The translations under genes and the position numbers were made by a program. From contig NC_007517.1 in assembly GCF_000012925.1 (NCBI RefSeq), positions 2,400,001 through 2,432,000 on the forward strand: a stretch of 32,000 bases of DNA, written 5' to 3'. Below, piece by piece: positions 8,541 through 16,877 of the stretch. Under the pieces are notes generated by a model. It saw only the letters and a list, made by a program, of their open reading frames with translations, was not told the DNA's origin and searched no databases. The stretch's first letter is position 1, and every line of letters starts with the position of its first letter. Source of the stretch: Geobacter metallireducens GS-15 (GTDB lineage: Bacteria > Desulfobacterota > Desulfuromonadia > Geobacterales > Geobacteraceae).

Positions 8541-10390
8541 TTGAATCGGTACTCCATTCGGTAGGTATCGGTCTCGTCGGAATAGGTCAGAGAATGCCCC
8601 AACCGCCGGTGATAGGCAAGCATCGCCTCGTTGGTCGGCAGGATCTCCGCATAGAAGCCGTCGATCCCCTGGCCGGCGGCGTGGCGCTCCAACTGGCGGA
8701 GGAGGTGATGAGCCAGGCCCAGGCGGCGATACTCCTCATGGACCACCACCGCCGTTTCAGCCATATTGGTGAGGGGGTCGACGGCATAGCGCGCCACCGC
8801 CACGATGGACTCGGCATCATCCTCCTGCCGGAACACCGCCAGCGCCATGCGACTGCTGTAGTCCACGCAGACCTGTTTCGCCGCCTCACGATGGGCCAGT
8901 TGCAGTTTCGGCCCGAAATAGCGATTGTAAATGGTCTCGGGATTATGGCTGTAGAAGAACTCCTGGAGCAAACGCTCATCGGTGGCCTTGAGGGGTCGGA
9001 CCAGCATCATGGTCCCGCCGAACGCCCTTCTCTCTTCAAAATCCTTCGGGTAGCGATTGAGCGCCTGCTGCCATACCTGCTCATCTTCATAGACGTAATG
9101 CTTCTGCTTGACGAACTCCAGCAACTCCCGCCGGTAATCGGGGTGGGCAATGGAGATCAGGGCCAGGGCCCGCTCGCGGATGGTTTTCCCGTGGAGATAG
9201 GCGATACCGTACTCGGACACCACGTAGTGGGCGTCGCCGCGACTGGTGACAACGCCGGCGCCGTCGTCGATCCGGTGGACGATGCGGCTGATCCCCCCGC
9301 CTTTTGCGGTGCTGCGGATGGCGATGATCGGTTTACCTCCCCGGCTCATGGCCGCACCGCGGGCGAAATCCACCTGGCCGCCGATGCCGCTGTAGAAGGT
9401 ATAGCCGATGCTGTCGGCGCAGATCTGCCCGGTCAGGTCCACCTGCAGGGCCGAATTGATGGCCACCACCCGGTCGTTGGCGCAGATCACCCGGGGATCG
9501 TTGACGAAATCCGAGGGATGGAATTCAACCCCCACGTTGCCGTCAACGAAATCGTAAAGCGCGCGGGTGCCGATGACAAAGCTGGTGACCGTCTTGCCGG
9601 GATGAACGCTCTTCAGGCGGTTGGTAATGTTTCCCTCCTCGATAAGGGGGATCAGGGCGTCGCTGAACATCTCGGTGTGGATGCCGAGATCCCGCTTGTC
9701 GGCGATGAACCGGAGGACCGTGCTGGGAATGGTGCCGATCCCCATCTGGAGGCAGCTGCCGTTTTCCACCAGCCGCGAGATGTGGTAGCCGATCTGCAGC
9801 TCCACCTCATCCGGTTCCTTGGCAGCGGATTCAAGGATCGGGTAGTCCGTTTCCACCAGGCAATCGAAGCGGCTCAGGTGAATGTGGGTGTCGCCGCAGG
9901 TGCGCGGCATGCGGGGGTTCACCTCGGCAATCACCAGCCGGGCCCGGTCCAGCGCCGCCCGCTGGATATCCACATTGACCCCGAGGCTGCAGTAACCGTG
10001 GCTGTCAGGGGGGGACACCTGCAACAGCGCCGCATGATTCCCCCTCCGGCCGCGGCGGATCAGGGCCGGGATCTCGCTCAGGAAGATCGGCGTGTAGTCC
10101 GCCCGCCCGTCGCAGACCGCCTGGCGGATATCCTCGCTGATGAAGAACGAGTTGTGGCGAAGATGACCGGTATTCCGCTCGGTAATGTAATCGGCAGAAC
10201 CGAAGGCGAGTAGCTGGATCAGCTCGATGTCATGGAGCCTGCCGGCGTTTCGGTTCAGGGCGGCCACCAGCTGCAACGGCGCGGCGCAGCCCGACCCGAC
10301 AAACACGCGCCAACCGGATTGAATCCGTGCCACCGCCTCATCAGCCGTTGTCAGCTTCTGTCTGTACAGCTCAACAAGTTGGTTGTTCAT
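8537..10390 (-). CDS. acetyl-CoA hydrolase/transferase family domain fused to a C-terminal GNAT N-acetyltransferase domain
   Basis: 617 aa. The first ~430 aa resemble 4-hydroxybutyrate CoA-transferase/acetyl-CoA hydrolase (GSGCAAP, GIHTEMFSD, FYSGIGGQVDF). The last ~160 aa have the GNAT acetyl-CoA-binding pattern (VVVHEEYRRLGLAHHLLRQLERHAAGQGI). Confidence 0.8.
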   Translation of the reverse strand: MNNQLVELYRQKLTTADEAVARIQSGWRVFVGSGCAAPLQLVAALNRNAGRLHDIELIQLLAFGSADYITERNTGHLRHNSFFISEDIRQAVCDGRADYTPIFLSEIPALIRRGRRGNHAALLQVSPPDSHGYCSLGVNVDIQRAALDRARLVIAEVNPRMPRTCGDTHIHLSRFDCLVETDYPILESAAKEPDEVELQIGYHISRLVENGSCLQMGIGTIPSTVLRFIADKRDLGIHTEMFSDALIPLIEEGNITNRLKSVHPGKTVTSFVIGTRALYDFVDGNVGVEFHPSDFVNDPRVICANDRVVAINSALQVDLTGQICADSIGYTFYSGIGGQVDFARGAAMSRGGKPIIAIRSTAKGGGISRIVHRIDDGAGVVTSRGDAHYVVSEYGIAYLHGKTIRERALALISIAHPDYRRELLEFVKQKHYVYEDEQVWQQALNRYPKDFEERRAFGGTMMLVRPLKATDERLLQEFFYSHNPETIYNRYFGPKLQLAHREAAKQVCVDYSSRMALAVFRQEDDAESIVAVARYAVDPLTNMAETAVVVHEEYRRLGLAHHLLRQLERHAAGQGIDGFYAEILPTNEAMLAYHRRLGHSLTYSDETDTYRMEYRFK

Positions 10391-10649
10391 CCTCTCCCCG
10401 TTTGAAAACGTCCCTTTCAGTAGTACCGCAACCAGACCACCCCGCCTCGGGACGTGCTGCCGGAACCAATCGGATGCCCGTACACGTTCTCACATTTCAT
10501 CAATTTTTTACATCACTCATCAGAACATTACACCCAATGAGCCAATATCACAAATTACATAACGCCGTTTTTAGTTACAAAACCTATTTTTTGCATATTT
10601 TATCCAATATTTCAGCATGTTGTAAATTTGACGGTTCGTATCATTTCAC

Positions 10650-10666
10650 TTGGTCCAGTATCTGCA
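10650..10666 (+). promoter_or_regulatory. candidate sigma-54 (-24/-12) promoter, TTGGTCCAGTATCTGCA
   Basis: GG at 10652-10653 and GC at 10664-10665 have the canonical 12-nt register of TGGCAC-N5-TTGCW. The -12 element ends 52 nt upstream of the ligase ATG (10719). A sigma-54-dependent activator is encoded 3 kb away. Confidence 0.45.
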
Positions 10667-10667
10667 A

Positions 10668-10681
10668 AACACTGTTTATCA
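10668..10681. promoter_or_regulatory. shared cis-element AACACTGTTTATCA (palindromic core AACA-C-TGTT)
   Basis: The 10-mer AACACTGTTT is identical to 17849-17858. The flanks also match except for one extra T (AACACTGTTTTATCA at 17849-17863). It lies immediately downstream of the candidate -12 element. Confidence 0.45.
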
Positions 10682-10718
10682 AATTAACACCTTAACCACA
10701 AGCTGCCGGAGGTCCACA

Positions 10719-12290
10719 ATGCCCTACAATCTCAACCTGCCCGAAACCTTCAACGCCGCCGATTACTTCATCGACCGCAACATCCGCGAGGGGAGAGGCG
10801 ACAAGCTCGCCGTTCTCTGCGAGGAGCGCTCCCTCACCTACCGGCAGCTGCAGGAAGGGGTCAACCGCTTCGGAAACGCCCTGAAATCCCTGGATGTGCG
10901 CATGGAAGAGCGCGTCGCCCTCCTTCTGCTGGATACGGAGGTCTACCCCCAGGCATTTTTCGGAGCCATCAAGATCGGGGCGGTTCCCATCTGCCTCAAC
11001 ACCATGAACCGTCCCCAGGATTTCCAGTTCTACCTCAACGACAGCCGGGCGCGGGTCCTGGTTGTCGATGCGCTGCTCCTTGACCAGATCGAGCCCATTC
11101 GCCGCAACCTGCAGTTCCTGAAGCATGTCATCGTGGCCAACGGCTCCGCCCCGGCAGGCGATCTGAGCCTGGCGGAACTGTGCGCCCCCCAGCCCACGGA
11201 GCTTGAAACCGCCCCCACCTGCCGCGACGACGCCTGCTTCTGGCTCTACAGCTCCGGCTCCACCGGCTCACCCAAGGGGACGGTCCATCTCCAGCACGAC
11301 ATGGTCTATTCGGCCAAGACCTACGGGGCAAAAGTGCTCGACATCAAGGAAAACGACGTATTTTTCTCGGCCGCGAAACTGTTCTTTGCCTACGGCCTGG
11401 GGAACGGCATCTACTTCCCTTTCTGTGTCGGGGCAACCGCCGTGTACCTGCCGCTGCGGCCGACCCCGGCCAATGTTTATGAAACGGTGCGCCGCCACCG
11501 TCCGACCCTGTTTTTCGGCGTTCCCACCCTCTACGGCCAGATGCTTGAGGAAGAAGGGAGCATGAACGGCGTCAGGCTGTGCGTCTCCGCGGGCGAGGCC
11601 CTGCCGGCAGCCTACATCCACCGCTGGAAAGCACGCTTCCAGCTGGACATTCTCGACGGGATCGGCTCCACCGAGATGGCCCACATCTTCATCTCCAACA
11701 GGCCCGGCGAAATCGTCGCCGGCAGCTCCGGGAGGGTCGTCCCCGGCTACGAGGCCCGCATCGTGGATGAAAACATGCACGATCTCCCGGCCGGCGAGAT
11801 CGGCACGCTCCTGGTCAAGGGTGACAGCGCCACGGCCCTCTACTGGAACAAGCATGAGAAAACCAGGCAGACCATCATGGGGCACTGGATAAATACCGGC
11901 GACAAATATGTCTGCGATGAAAACGGCTATTTCCACTGCGCCGGCCGCTCCGACGACATGCTCAAGGTGGGGGGGATCTGGGTGTCGCCCAACGAGGTTG
12001 AGTCTTGCCTGATCGGACACCCCGCCATCCTGGAGTGTGCCGTCATCGGCGCCCCTGACGAGGACAACCTGATCAAGCCCATGGCCTTCGTGGTCCTCAA
12101 TTCCCAGCATCAGCCATCGCCGGAGATGGAGAACGAGTTGAAGGAGTATGTGAAGACCACCCTGGCGATGTACAAGTACCCGCGCTGGATACGGTTCATC
12201 GATGAACTCCCCAAGACCGCCACCGGCAAGATCAAACGCTTCGAACTGCGCACCATGATCCAGAAGGAAGAGTTGCAGCACGTGGCCTGA
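10719..12290 (+). CDS. bamY: benzoate-CoA ligase family protein (benzoate or hydroxybenzoate:CoA ligase, AMP-forming)
   Basis: ORF 10650..12290. The ATG at 10719 follows GGAGG (10708-10712). The N-terminus MPYNLNLPETFNAADYFIDRNIREGRGDKLAV is characteristic of benzoate-CoA ligases. AMP-binding motifs YSSGSTGSPKG, TGD and PKTATGKIKR are present. The symbol comes from remembered synteny with the G. metallireducens benzoate cluster. Confidence 0.85.
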   Translation: MPYNLNLPETFNAADYFIDRNIREGRGDKLAVLCEERSLTYRQLQEGVNRFGNALKSLDVRMEERVALLLLDTEVYPQAFFGAIKIGAVPICLNTMNRPQDFQFYLNDSRARVLVVDALLLDQIEPIRRNLQFLKHVIVANGSAPAGDLSLAELCAPQPTELETAPTCRDDACFWLYSSGSTGSPKGTVHLQHDMVYSAKTYGAKVLDIKENDVFFSAAKLFFAYGLGNGIYFPFCVGATAVYLPLRPTPANVYETVRRHRPTLFFGVPTLYGQMLEEEGSMNGVRLCVSAGEALPAAYIHRWKARFQLDILDGIGSTEMAHIFISNRPGEIVAGSSGRVVPGYEARIVDENMHDLPAGEIGTLLVKGDSATALYWNKHEKTRQTIMGHWINTGDKYVCDENGYFHCAGRSDDMLKVGGIWVSPNEVESCLIGHPAILECAVIGAPDEDNLIKPMAFVVLNSQHQPSPEMENELKEYVKTTLAMYKYPRWIRFIDELPKTATGKIKRFELRTMIQKEELQHVA

Positions 12291-12348
12291 ATCAGGGGCC
12301 TGATCGTCACGAACACACTCGATGCACTACCTGCCAAGGAGGTACGGG

Positions 12349-13635
12349 ATGGAGAAATACGCAGTCAGAAGAATGTTCAAGGGTCAACTGGCAACAGGTT
12401 TCGCCGCTCTGGCACTGAGTTTCATCGTCGCGGCTTTTCTGTGGCCTGCCTGGTCCCTCACGGTAAAGGCGCTGTACGGAATCCTCGCAGGCCCCGGCCT
12501 CAGCGCCGCGGAACCCAAGGAAGCCGGCCAGCTGATCGGTGCCGTGGCCAGGGGAACCTTCTTCTGGACGGCCATCAACAGCTGGATCTGGCTGACTCTG
12601 GTTATGGGGAATTACGGCAAGACCTCCTTGACCGAAAAACAGCCCTGGGCCGGCATCTACTATACCATCGTGGGGTGGCTGGTGGGGGCGGGAGCCTTTC
12701 TGGCGCTCATCAGCTTCATGGGGATCTGGTGGAAACCGTTCAGCCTGGCGATCATGTTCGTCCCCCGGACCGCCGCCGATGTAGCCATGGCCTTTGAGGC
12801 CTGGGAAGCATCCAACTTCTATGCCCTGGCGGTGATTATCGCCCAGATCCCGCTGGTTTCCCTGCTGCAGAAATGGCCCTTTGCCGGAAAGGCCGAAAAG
12901 CCCGTCGAGAGCTTCGGCGTGATTGCCATGGGGATCGCGGTGACCTTCATCGTCTGGATGGCGATGATCGTTCCGAGCTGGATGAAGCTTTCCCTGGGCG
13001 GAGAGCAGATCGTCGCCCCACCCTTCGGCAACTGGCCGGCATTCGCCGCATTCTGCCAGGCGTACGTTATCTTTGCCATCATGCCGGTGGAAGGGGGAGA
13101 GCTTTACCCCATGAAGCTGTTCACCCGGAAGCAGCCGCTGATGGGGATTATCGGCTTTGCCATCGCGCTTGCCGCCGGCTTTGTCATGCCGCCGATCATA
13201 AAGGGGATCATCGCCCCCCTCAATCTGGTAAGCGGCCCGCCCCTGGATGCGGTGGCGGCATCCCTGGAGCTGTCGGTGATCGTCTTCATGCTGGCCTGGC
13301 ACCACCTGTTCGAGGATTACCCGAGCGCCGCGCTGGTTCCCAATACCGCCGCCAGGGTATGCTGCAGGATAGCGATATGGTCCATCGGCGGCACGGTCTA
13401 TGGGGTCATCTGGCTGAAAACCTTCAAGCTGATCCCCTACGGCGCCAACGACCTCGGCATGGGCGTTCCGCCGCTGGGGATCCTGGCGGGGCAGTTCGCC
13501 CTGCTGATGACCCTCCTCTTCCTGAACACCTTTTTCGATAAATGGCCCCTGGTGCGCAAAGTGCCCCTGAGCGTACCCGAGGACATCCCCCTCCCCGCTG
13601 ACGAGCAGGCAGGGTTTGAAGCCATGGCCAAGTAG
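12349..13635 (+). CDS. polytopic integral membrane protein of unrecognised family (about 10-11 predicted TM helices)
   Basis: ORF 12322..13635. The ATG at 12349 lies 7 nt after AAGGAGG. The protein is Trp/Phe/Gly-rich with long hydrophobic stretches. It starts 58 nt after the ligase stop and is followed by an intrinsic terminator. Confidence 0.75.
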   Translation: MEKYAVRRMFKGQLATGFAALALSFIVAAFLWPAWSLTVKALYGILAGPGLSAAEPKEAGQLIGAVARGTFFWTAINSWIWLTLVMGNYGKTSLTEKQPWAGIYYTIVGWLVGAGAFLALISFMGIWWKPFSLAIMFVPRTAADVAMAFEAWEASNFYALAVIIAQIPLVSLLQKWPFAGKAEKPVESFGVIAMGIAVTFIVWMAMIVPSWMKLSLGGEQIVAPPFGNWPAFAAFCQAYVIFAIMPVEGGELYPMKLFTRKQPLMGIIGFAIALAAGFVMPPIIKGIIAPLNLVSGPPLDAVAASLELSVIVFMLAWHHLFEDYPSAALVPNTAARVCCRIAIWSIGGTVYGVIWLKTFKLIPYGANDLGMGVPPLGILAGQFALLMTLLFLNTFFDKWPLVRKVPLSVPEDIPLPADEQAGFEAMAK

Positions 13636-13658
13636 AAGAATGCATTGCTGTGTCATGG

Positions 13659-13697
13659 AGCCCTCGTATCCTTCCCGGGATAGGGGGCTTTTTTTTG
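13659..13697 (+). terminator. rho-independent terminator after the membrane protein gene
   Basis: Imperfect 12-bp stem (AGCCCTCGTATCC / GGATAGGGGGCT, with one G-U pair and one bulge), a 6-nt loop, then a run of 8 T. It lies between convergent genes. Confidence 0.7.
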
Positions 13698-13712
13698 TGA
13701 AACCGGAACAGG

Positions 13713-15053
13713 CTACGAATCTTCCAGACCATACTCCTTGATGCGGCGGTCGAGGGTCGGCCGGGAAATGCCGAGGATTTCCGCCGCCCTCTTCTTCTCG
13801 TTGTGGGTAAAGGCAAGGACATTCTGGATATGTTCCCGCTCGACCTCATGGAGCGGCCTGAGCACCAGGGGAAAGCTGTCGCTCTCGCTTTCCTCTTCCA
13901 GGTGCAGGGATTCGGGCGACAGCACCGAGCCGTGCGAAAGGAGGACGGCGCGCCGCAGCGTGTTCTCCAGCTCCCGGACGTTGCCCGCCCACGGATGGGC
14001 CAGGATGGCATTCATGGTCTCCTGGGGGATGATATCCACCCGCTTCCCGGTCTCATGGTGAAGCTTTTCCAGCAGGAATTTCACCAGGATGGGAATGTCG
14101 TCCCTGCGTTCCCTGAGGGGAGGGAGATCGATGGAGACCACTTTCAGGCGGTAGTACAGGTCGTGGCGGAAAATGCCGCTGTTGACCAGCGTGAGGAGAT
14201 TCTTGTTGGTGGCGGCCACAATGCGCACATCGGCCTTGATGGTCTCGATTCCCCCTACCCGCTCGAACTCCCGCTCCTGGATAAAGCGGAGCAGTTTCAC
14301 CTGCAACTCGGGACTGATCTCCGATATCTCATCAAGGAACAGGGTCCCCCCCTGGGCCAGCTCGAACTTCCCCGGTTTGGTTCGATACGCCCCGGTGAAC
14401 GCCCCCTTCTCATGGCCGAACAGCTCGCTTTCGAGGACCGTCGGCGAGAGGGCGGAGCAGGCCACGGCGATGAACGGACGGTTGCGGAACTTGCTGTTGA
14501 AATGGATGGCACGGGCAACCATTTCCTTGCCGGTGCCGCTCTCCCCCTGGATCAGGACCGTGGCCCGGAAGTCGGCAATGGCGCCGATGGTTTTGTAAAC
14601 CTCCTTCATGGCCCGGGAGCGGCCCACCATGATGTTCTGCTCAAAGGGGGCATCGATAGAGTCGCGGAAGGCGACGCCGGTCCGGGAAAGGGCACTCATC
14701 TCGAATATCTTGTCGATAATCTGGTCGAGCTGATCGAGATCGAGGGGCTTGCCCAGGTGGTCGATGGCCCCGAGGCGGATTGCCTCGATGGCGGTCTGCA
14801 TGTCGTCGTAGGCGGTGATCATGATAACCGGCAGGGCCGGCTTTCTTTCCTTGATCAGGGTCAGCACCTCGAAACCGTCCATGCCGGTCAGCCGCAGATC
14901 GAGGAGCACCAGGCCCACGTCCCGCGCCAGGGCCAGGTCGACCGCTTCGTTGCCGGTGGCAGCGGTGAGAACCGTATACCCCGTCTCGGCAAGGTGCAGC
15001 TCCAGGGTCCGACGGATGGCTCTGTCGTCATCGGCGACCAGGATTGTTCTCAT
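13713..15053 (-). CDS. bamW: sigma-54-dependent Fis family response regulator (NtrC type)
   Basis: REC domain (ILVADDD ... LLDLRLTGMDG). AAA+ domain with Walker A GESGTGKE, GAFTGA loop and Walker B LFLDEI. C-terminal Fis HTH (AAEILGISRPTLDRRIKEYGL). The symbol is from remembered synteny. Confidence 0.9.
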   Translation of the reverse strand: MRTILVADDDRAIRRTLELHLAETGYTVLTAATGNEAVDLALARDVGLVLLDLRLTGMDGFEVLTLIKERKPALPVIMITAYDDMQTAIEAIRLGAIDHLGKPLDLDQLDQIIDKIFEMSALSRTGVAFRDSIDAPFEQNIMVGRSRAMKEVYKTIGAIADFRATVLIQGESGTGKEMVARAIHFNSKFRNRPFIAVACSALSPTVLESELFGHEKGAFTGAYRTKPGKFELAQGGTLFLDEISEISPELQVKLLRFIQEREFERVGGIETIKADVRIVAATNKNLLTLVNSGIFRHDLYYRLKVVSIDLPPLRERRDDIPILVKFLLEKLHHETGKRVDIIPQETMNAILAHPWAGNVRELENTLRRAVLLSHGSVLSPESLHLEEESESDSFPLVLRPLHEVEREHIQNVLAFTHNEKKRAAEILGISRPTLDRRIKEYGLEDS

Positions 15054-16861
15054 TGCAGGCCATCCCCTTTCTCGGCGGGTCCCCCGAGGGGCAGAGTCAC
15101 GGTGAACGTGGCGCCCCGGCCGGGTTCGCTCTCGACGGATACCGATCCGCCATGGCGAAGGACAATCGTTTGCAGGATAGAGAGCCCCAAGCCGCCTCCG
15201 GACGCCTTGGTGGTGAAAAACGGCTCGAAGAGCTGTTCGAGCTTGTCGGGCGGAATCCCCCCCCCGGTATCGCTGACCCTGAGCAGCGCCATCCCGCTCA
15301 TACTCTGGGCGGTTATGGTGAGCAGCCGGGCATCGGGCGGCGTCCGGTTCATGGCATCGAGGGCATTGAGGACCAGGTTCAGCAGCACCTGATGAATCTG
15401 CTCGGGGTCGCAGACGAGGTTCAGGGGCGAATCGATACGGACTTCGGACCGAACCTGCTCTTCCTCCAGGCGCTGCGCCATGAGCTGCATCAGGCGGTCG
15501 ACAATCCCCTCCAGTTCCGCCGTCTCAAGGCGCAGGGGCCGCGAGCGGGCGAAATCCAGGACATCGTTCAGCAGGCGGTTGAGGCGCTGGATTTCCTCCT
15601 CCACGATGGAAAAGTTCTCCCTGAGCGTGCCAGCCGGAGCGATTTTTTTCCGGATCATCTGCATGTTCATCTGGATGGCCGAGAGGGGGTTGCGGATCTC
15701 ATGGGCCAGCCCCAGGGCCAGGTGCCCCACCGCGGCCACCTTCTTCGCCACCAGCAGCTCGTCGAAGGTGGATTCGAGCCGGGAATGGGCTTCACTGAGG
15801 GCTTTGGTGTGATGGTTGACCTGGCTGGAGAGGATCCGGTTCCAATTCATGAGAACCCCCATCAACAGGGTTGCCCCCGCCAGGACCGTCACCAGCAGAG
15901 TGGTGGCGAAGGCCTCCTGTCGATGCATGAACGTGGACAGGAGTTCGTCCACCTCCCGCTCGGGGGTTGAAATCCCCATTGCCCAGAGGCGGTTCTCGAT
16001 GCGGAACGGGTAGTAGCTCCCCAGCTTCCGCACCGGCTGATCGGGGATCTCGGCATCCAGGTAGTCGTACCAGCCGCTCCCCGGCTTCCCCTCTTCCACA
16101 GAGATGAGAAGGTTATAGAGGCGCGGCCACCGGGGAAGAAACGCCGCGTCGAAGCCGCGCCCCACAAGCCTGCCGCTCGGGGCGACGAGCATGGTCCTGC
16201 TGCTGATGTCGGCAAGCCAGGCGCGGCCATGGGTGCCGACGCGTATGGGAAGGATGTGCTTGTTCGCCAGCTTCTCGAAATCGAGGACACAACTGGCCAC
16301 CCCGAGGAACTCCCCCCGGGGTCCGTAGATCCCCTCGGCCACGATCAGGGCCTTGTACCCCCGGCGCTTTCCCCCCTCCATGCGGGTGAAGGGGGACAGG
16401 TACATCTCCCCGGGCTTCCCCTTTTCCTTGGCCCATTTTATATAGTCCCGCCAGGCATAGTTACGGCCAACGGTGTACGGATCGGCCGGCTCTATGGCGA
16501 CGGCGGTTCCACGGCTGTCAAAGATCACGAGGTCGACAACCGGGGTCGAGGCGAGGGAACCGTAGATCTTTTTCAGACGTTCGCCGACTTCCTCGGCCCT
16601 CCGGCGGGTGACCTCCTTCCCTTCGAAGAGCGTCACCACCAGATCGAGGTTGCGATGGAACGTGGCAAACATCTCCTCCAGGGTGTGGGAGGCCAGTTCG
16701 GCCATGAGGGACTGCTGCCGGTTGTACTGCTCGAAGAAGCGCTCCCGCGCCTCGGCGCGAACGGCGTTGGTGGTGTGCCTGATCCAGAGGAGAGCGCCGA
16801 CGGCCGTGGCGACCACCAGGACCAGAACGAGCAGCAGCTTGAGTTTGCGAAGATGAATCAT
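15050..16861 (-). CDS. bamV: sensor histidine kinase with periplasmic Cache-like sensor domain
   Basis: Two TM segments flank a ~280-aa extracytoplasmic domain. H-box HEIRNPLSAI, N-box LNLVLNALDAM, G1 DTGGGI, G2 GGLGLSI. Its stop overlaps the regulator start (ATGA at 15050-15053). Confidence 0.9.
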   Translation of the reverse strand: MIHLRKLKLLLVLVLVVATAVGALLWIRHTTNAVRAEARERFFEQYNRQQSLMAELASHTLEEMFATFHRNLDLVVTLFEGKEVTRRRAEEVGERLKKIYGSLASTPVVDLVIFDSRGTAVAIEPADPYTVGRNYAWRDYIKWAKEKGKPGEMYLSPFTRMEGGKRRGYKALIVAEGIYGPRGEFLGVASCVLDFEKLANKHILPIRVGTHGRAWLADISSRTMLVAPSGRLVGRGFDAAFLPRWPRLYNLLISVEEGKPGSGWYDYLDAEIPDQPVRKLGSYYPFRIENRLWAMGISTPEREVDELLSTFMHRQEAFATTLLVTVLAGATLLMGVLMNWNRILSSQVNHHTKALSEAHSRLESTFDELLVAKKVAAVGHLALGLAHEIRNPLSAIQMNMQMIRKKIAPAGTLRENFSIVEEEIQRLNRLLNDVLDFARSRPLRLETAELEGIVDRLMQLMAQRLEEEQVRSEVRIDSPLNLVCDPEQIHQVLLNLVLNALDAMNRTPPDARLLTITAQSMSGMALLRVSDTGGGIPPDKLEQLFEPFFTTKASGGGLGLSILQTIVLRHGGSVSVESEPGRGATFTVTLPLGGPAEKGDGLQ

Positions 16862-16877
16862 GGCAGTGTCGCAGTCA

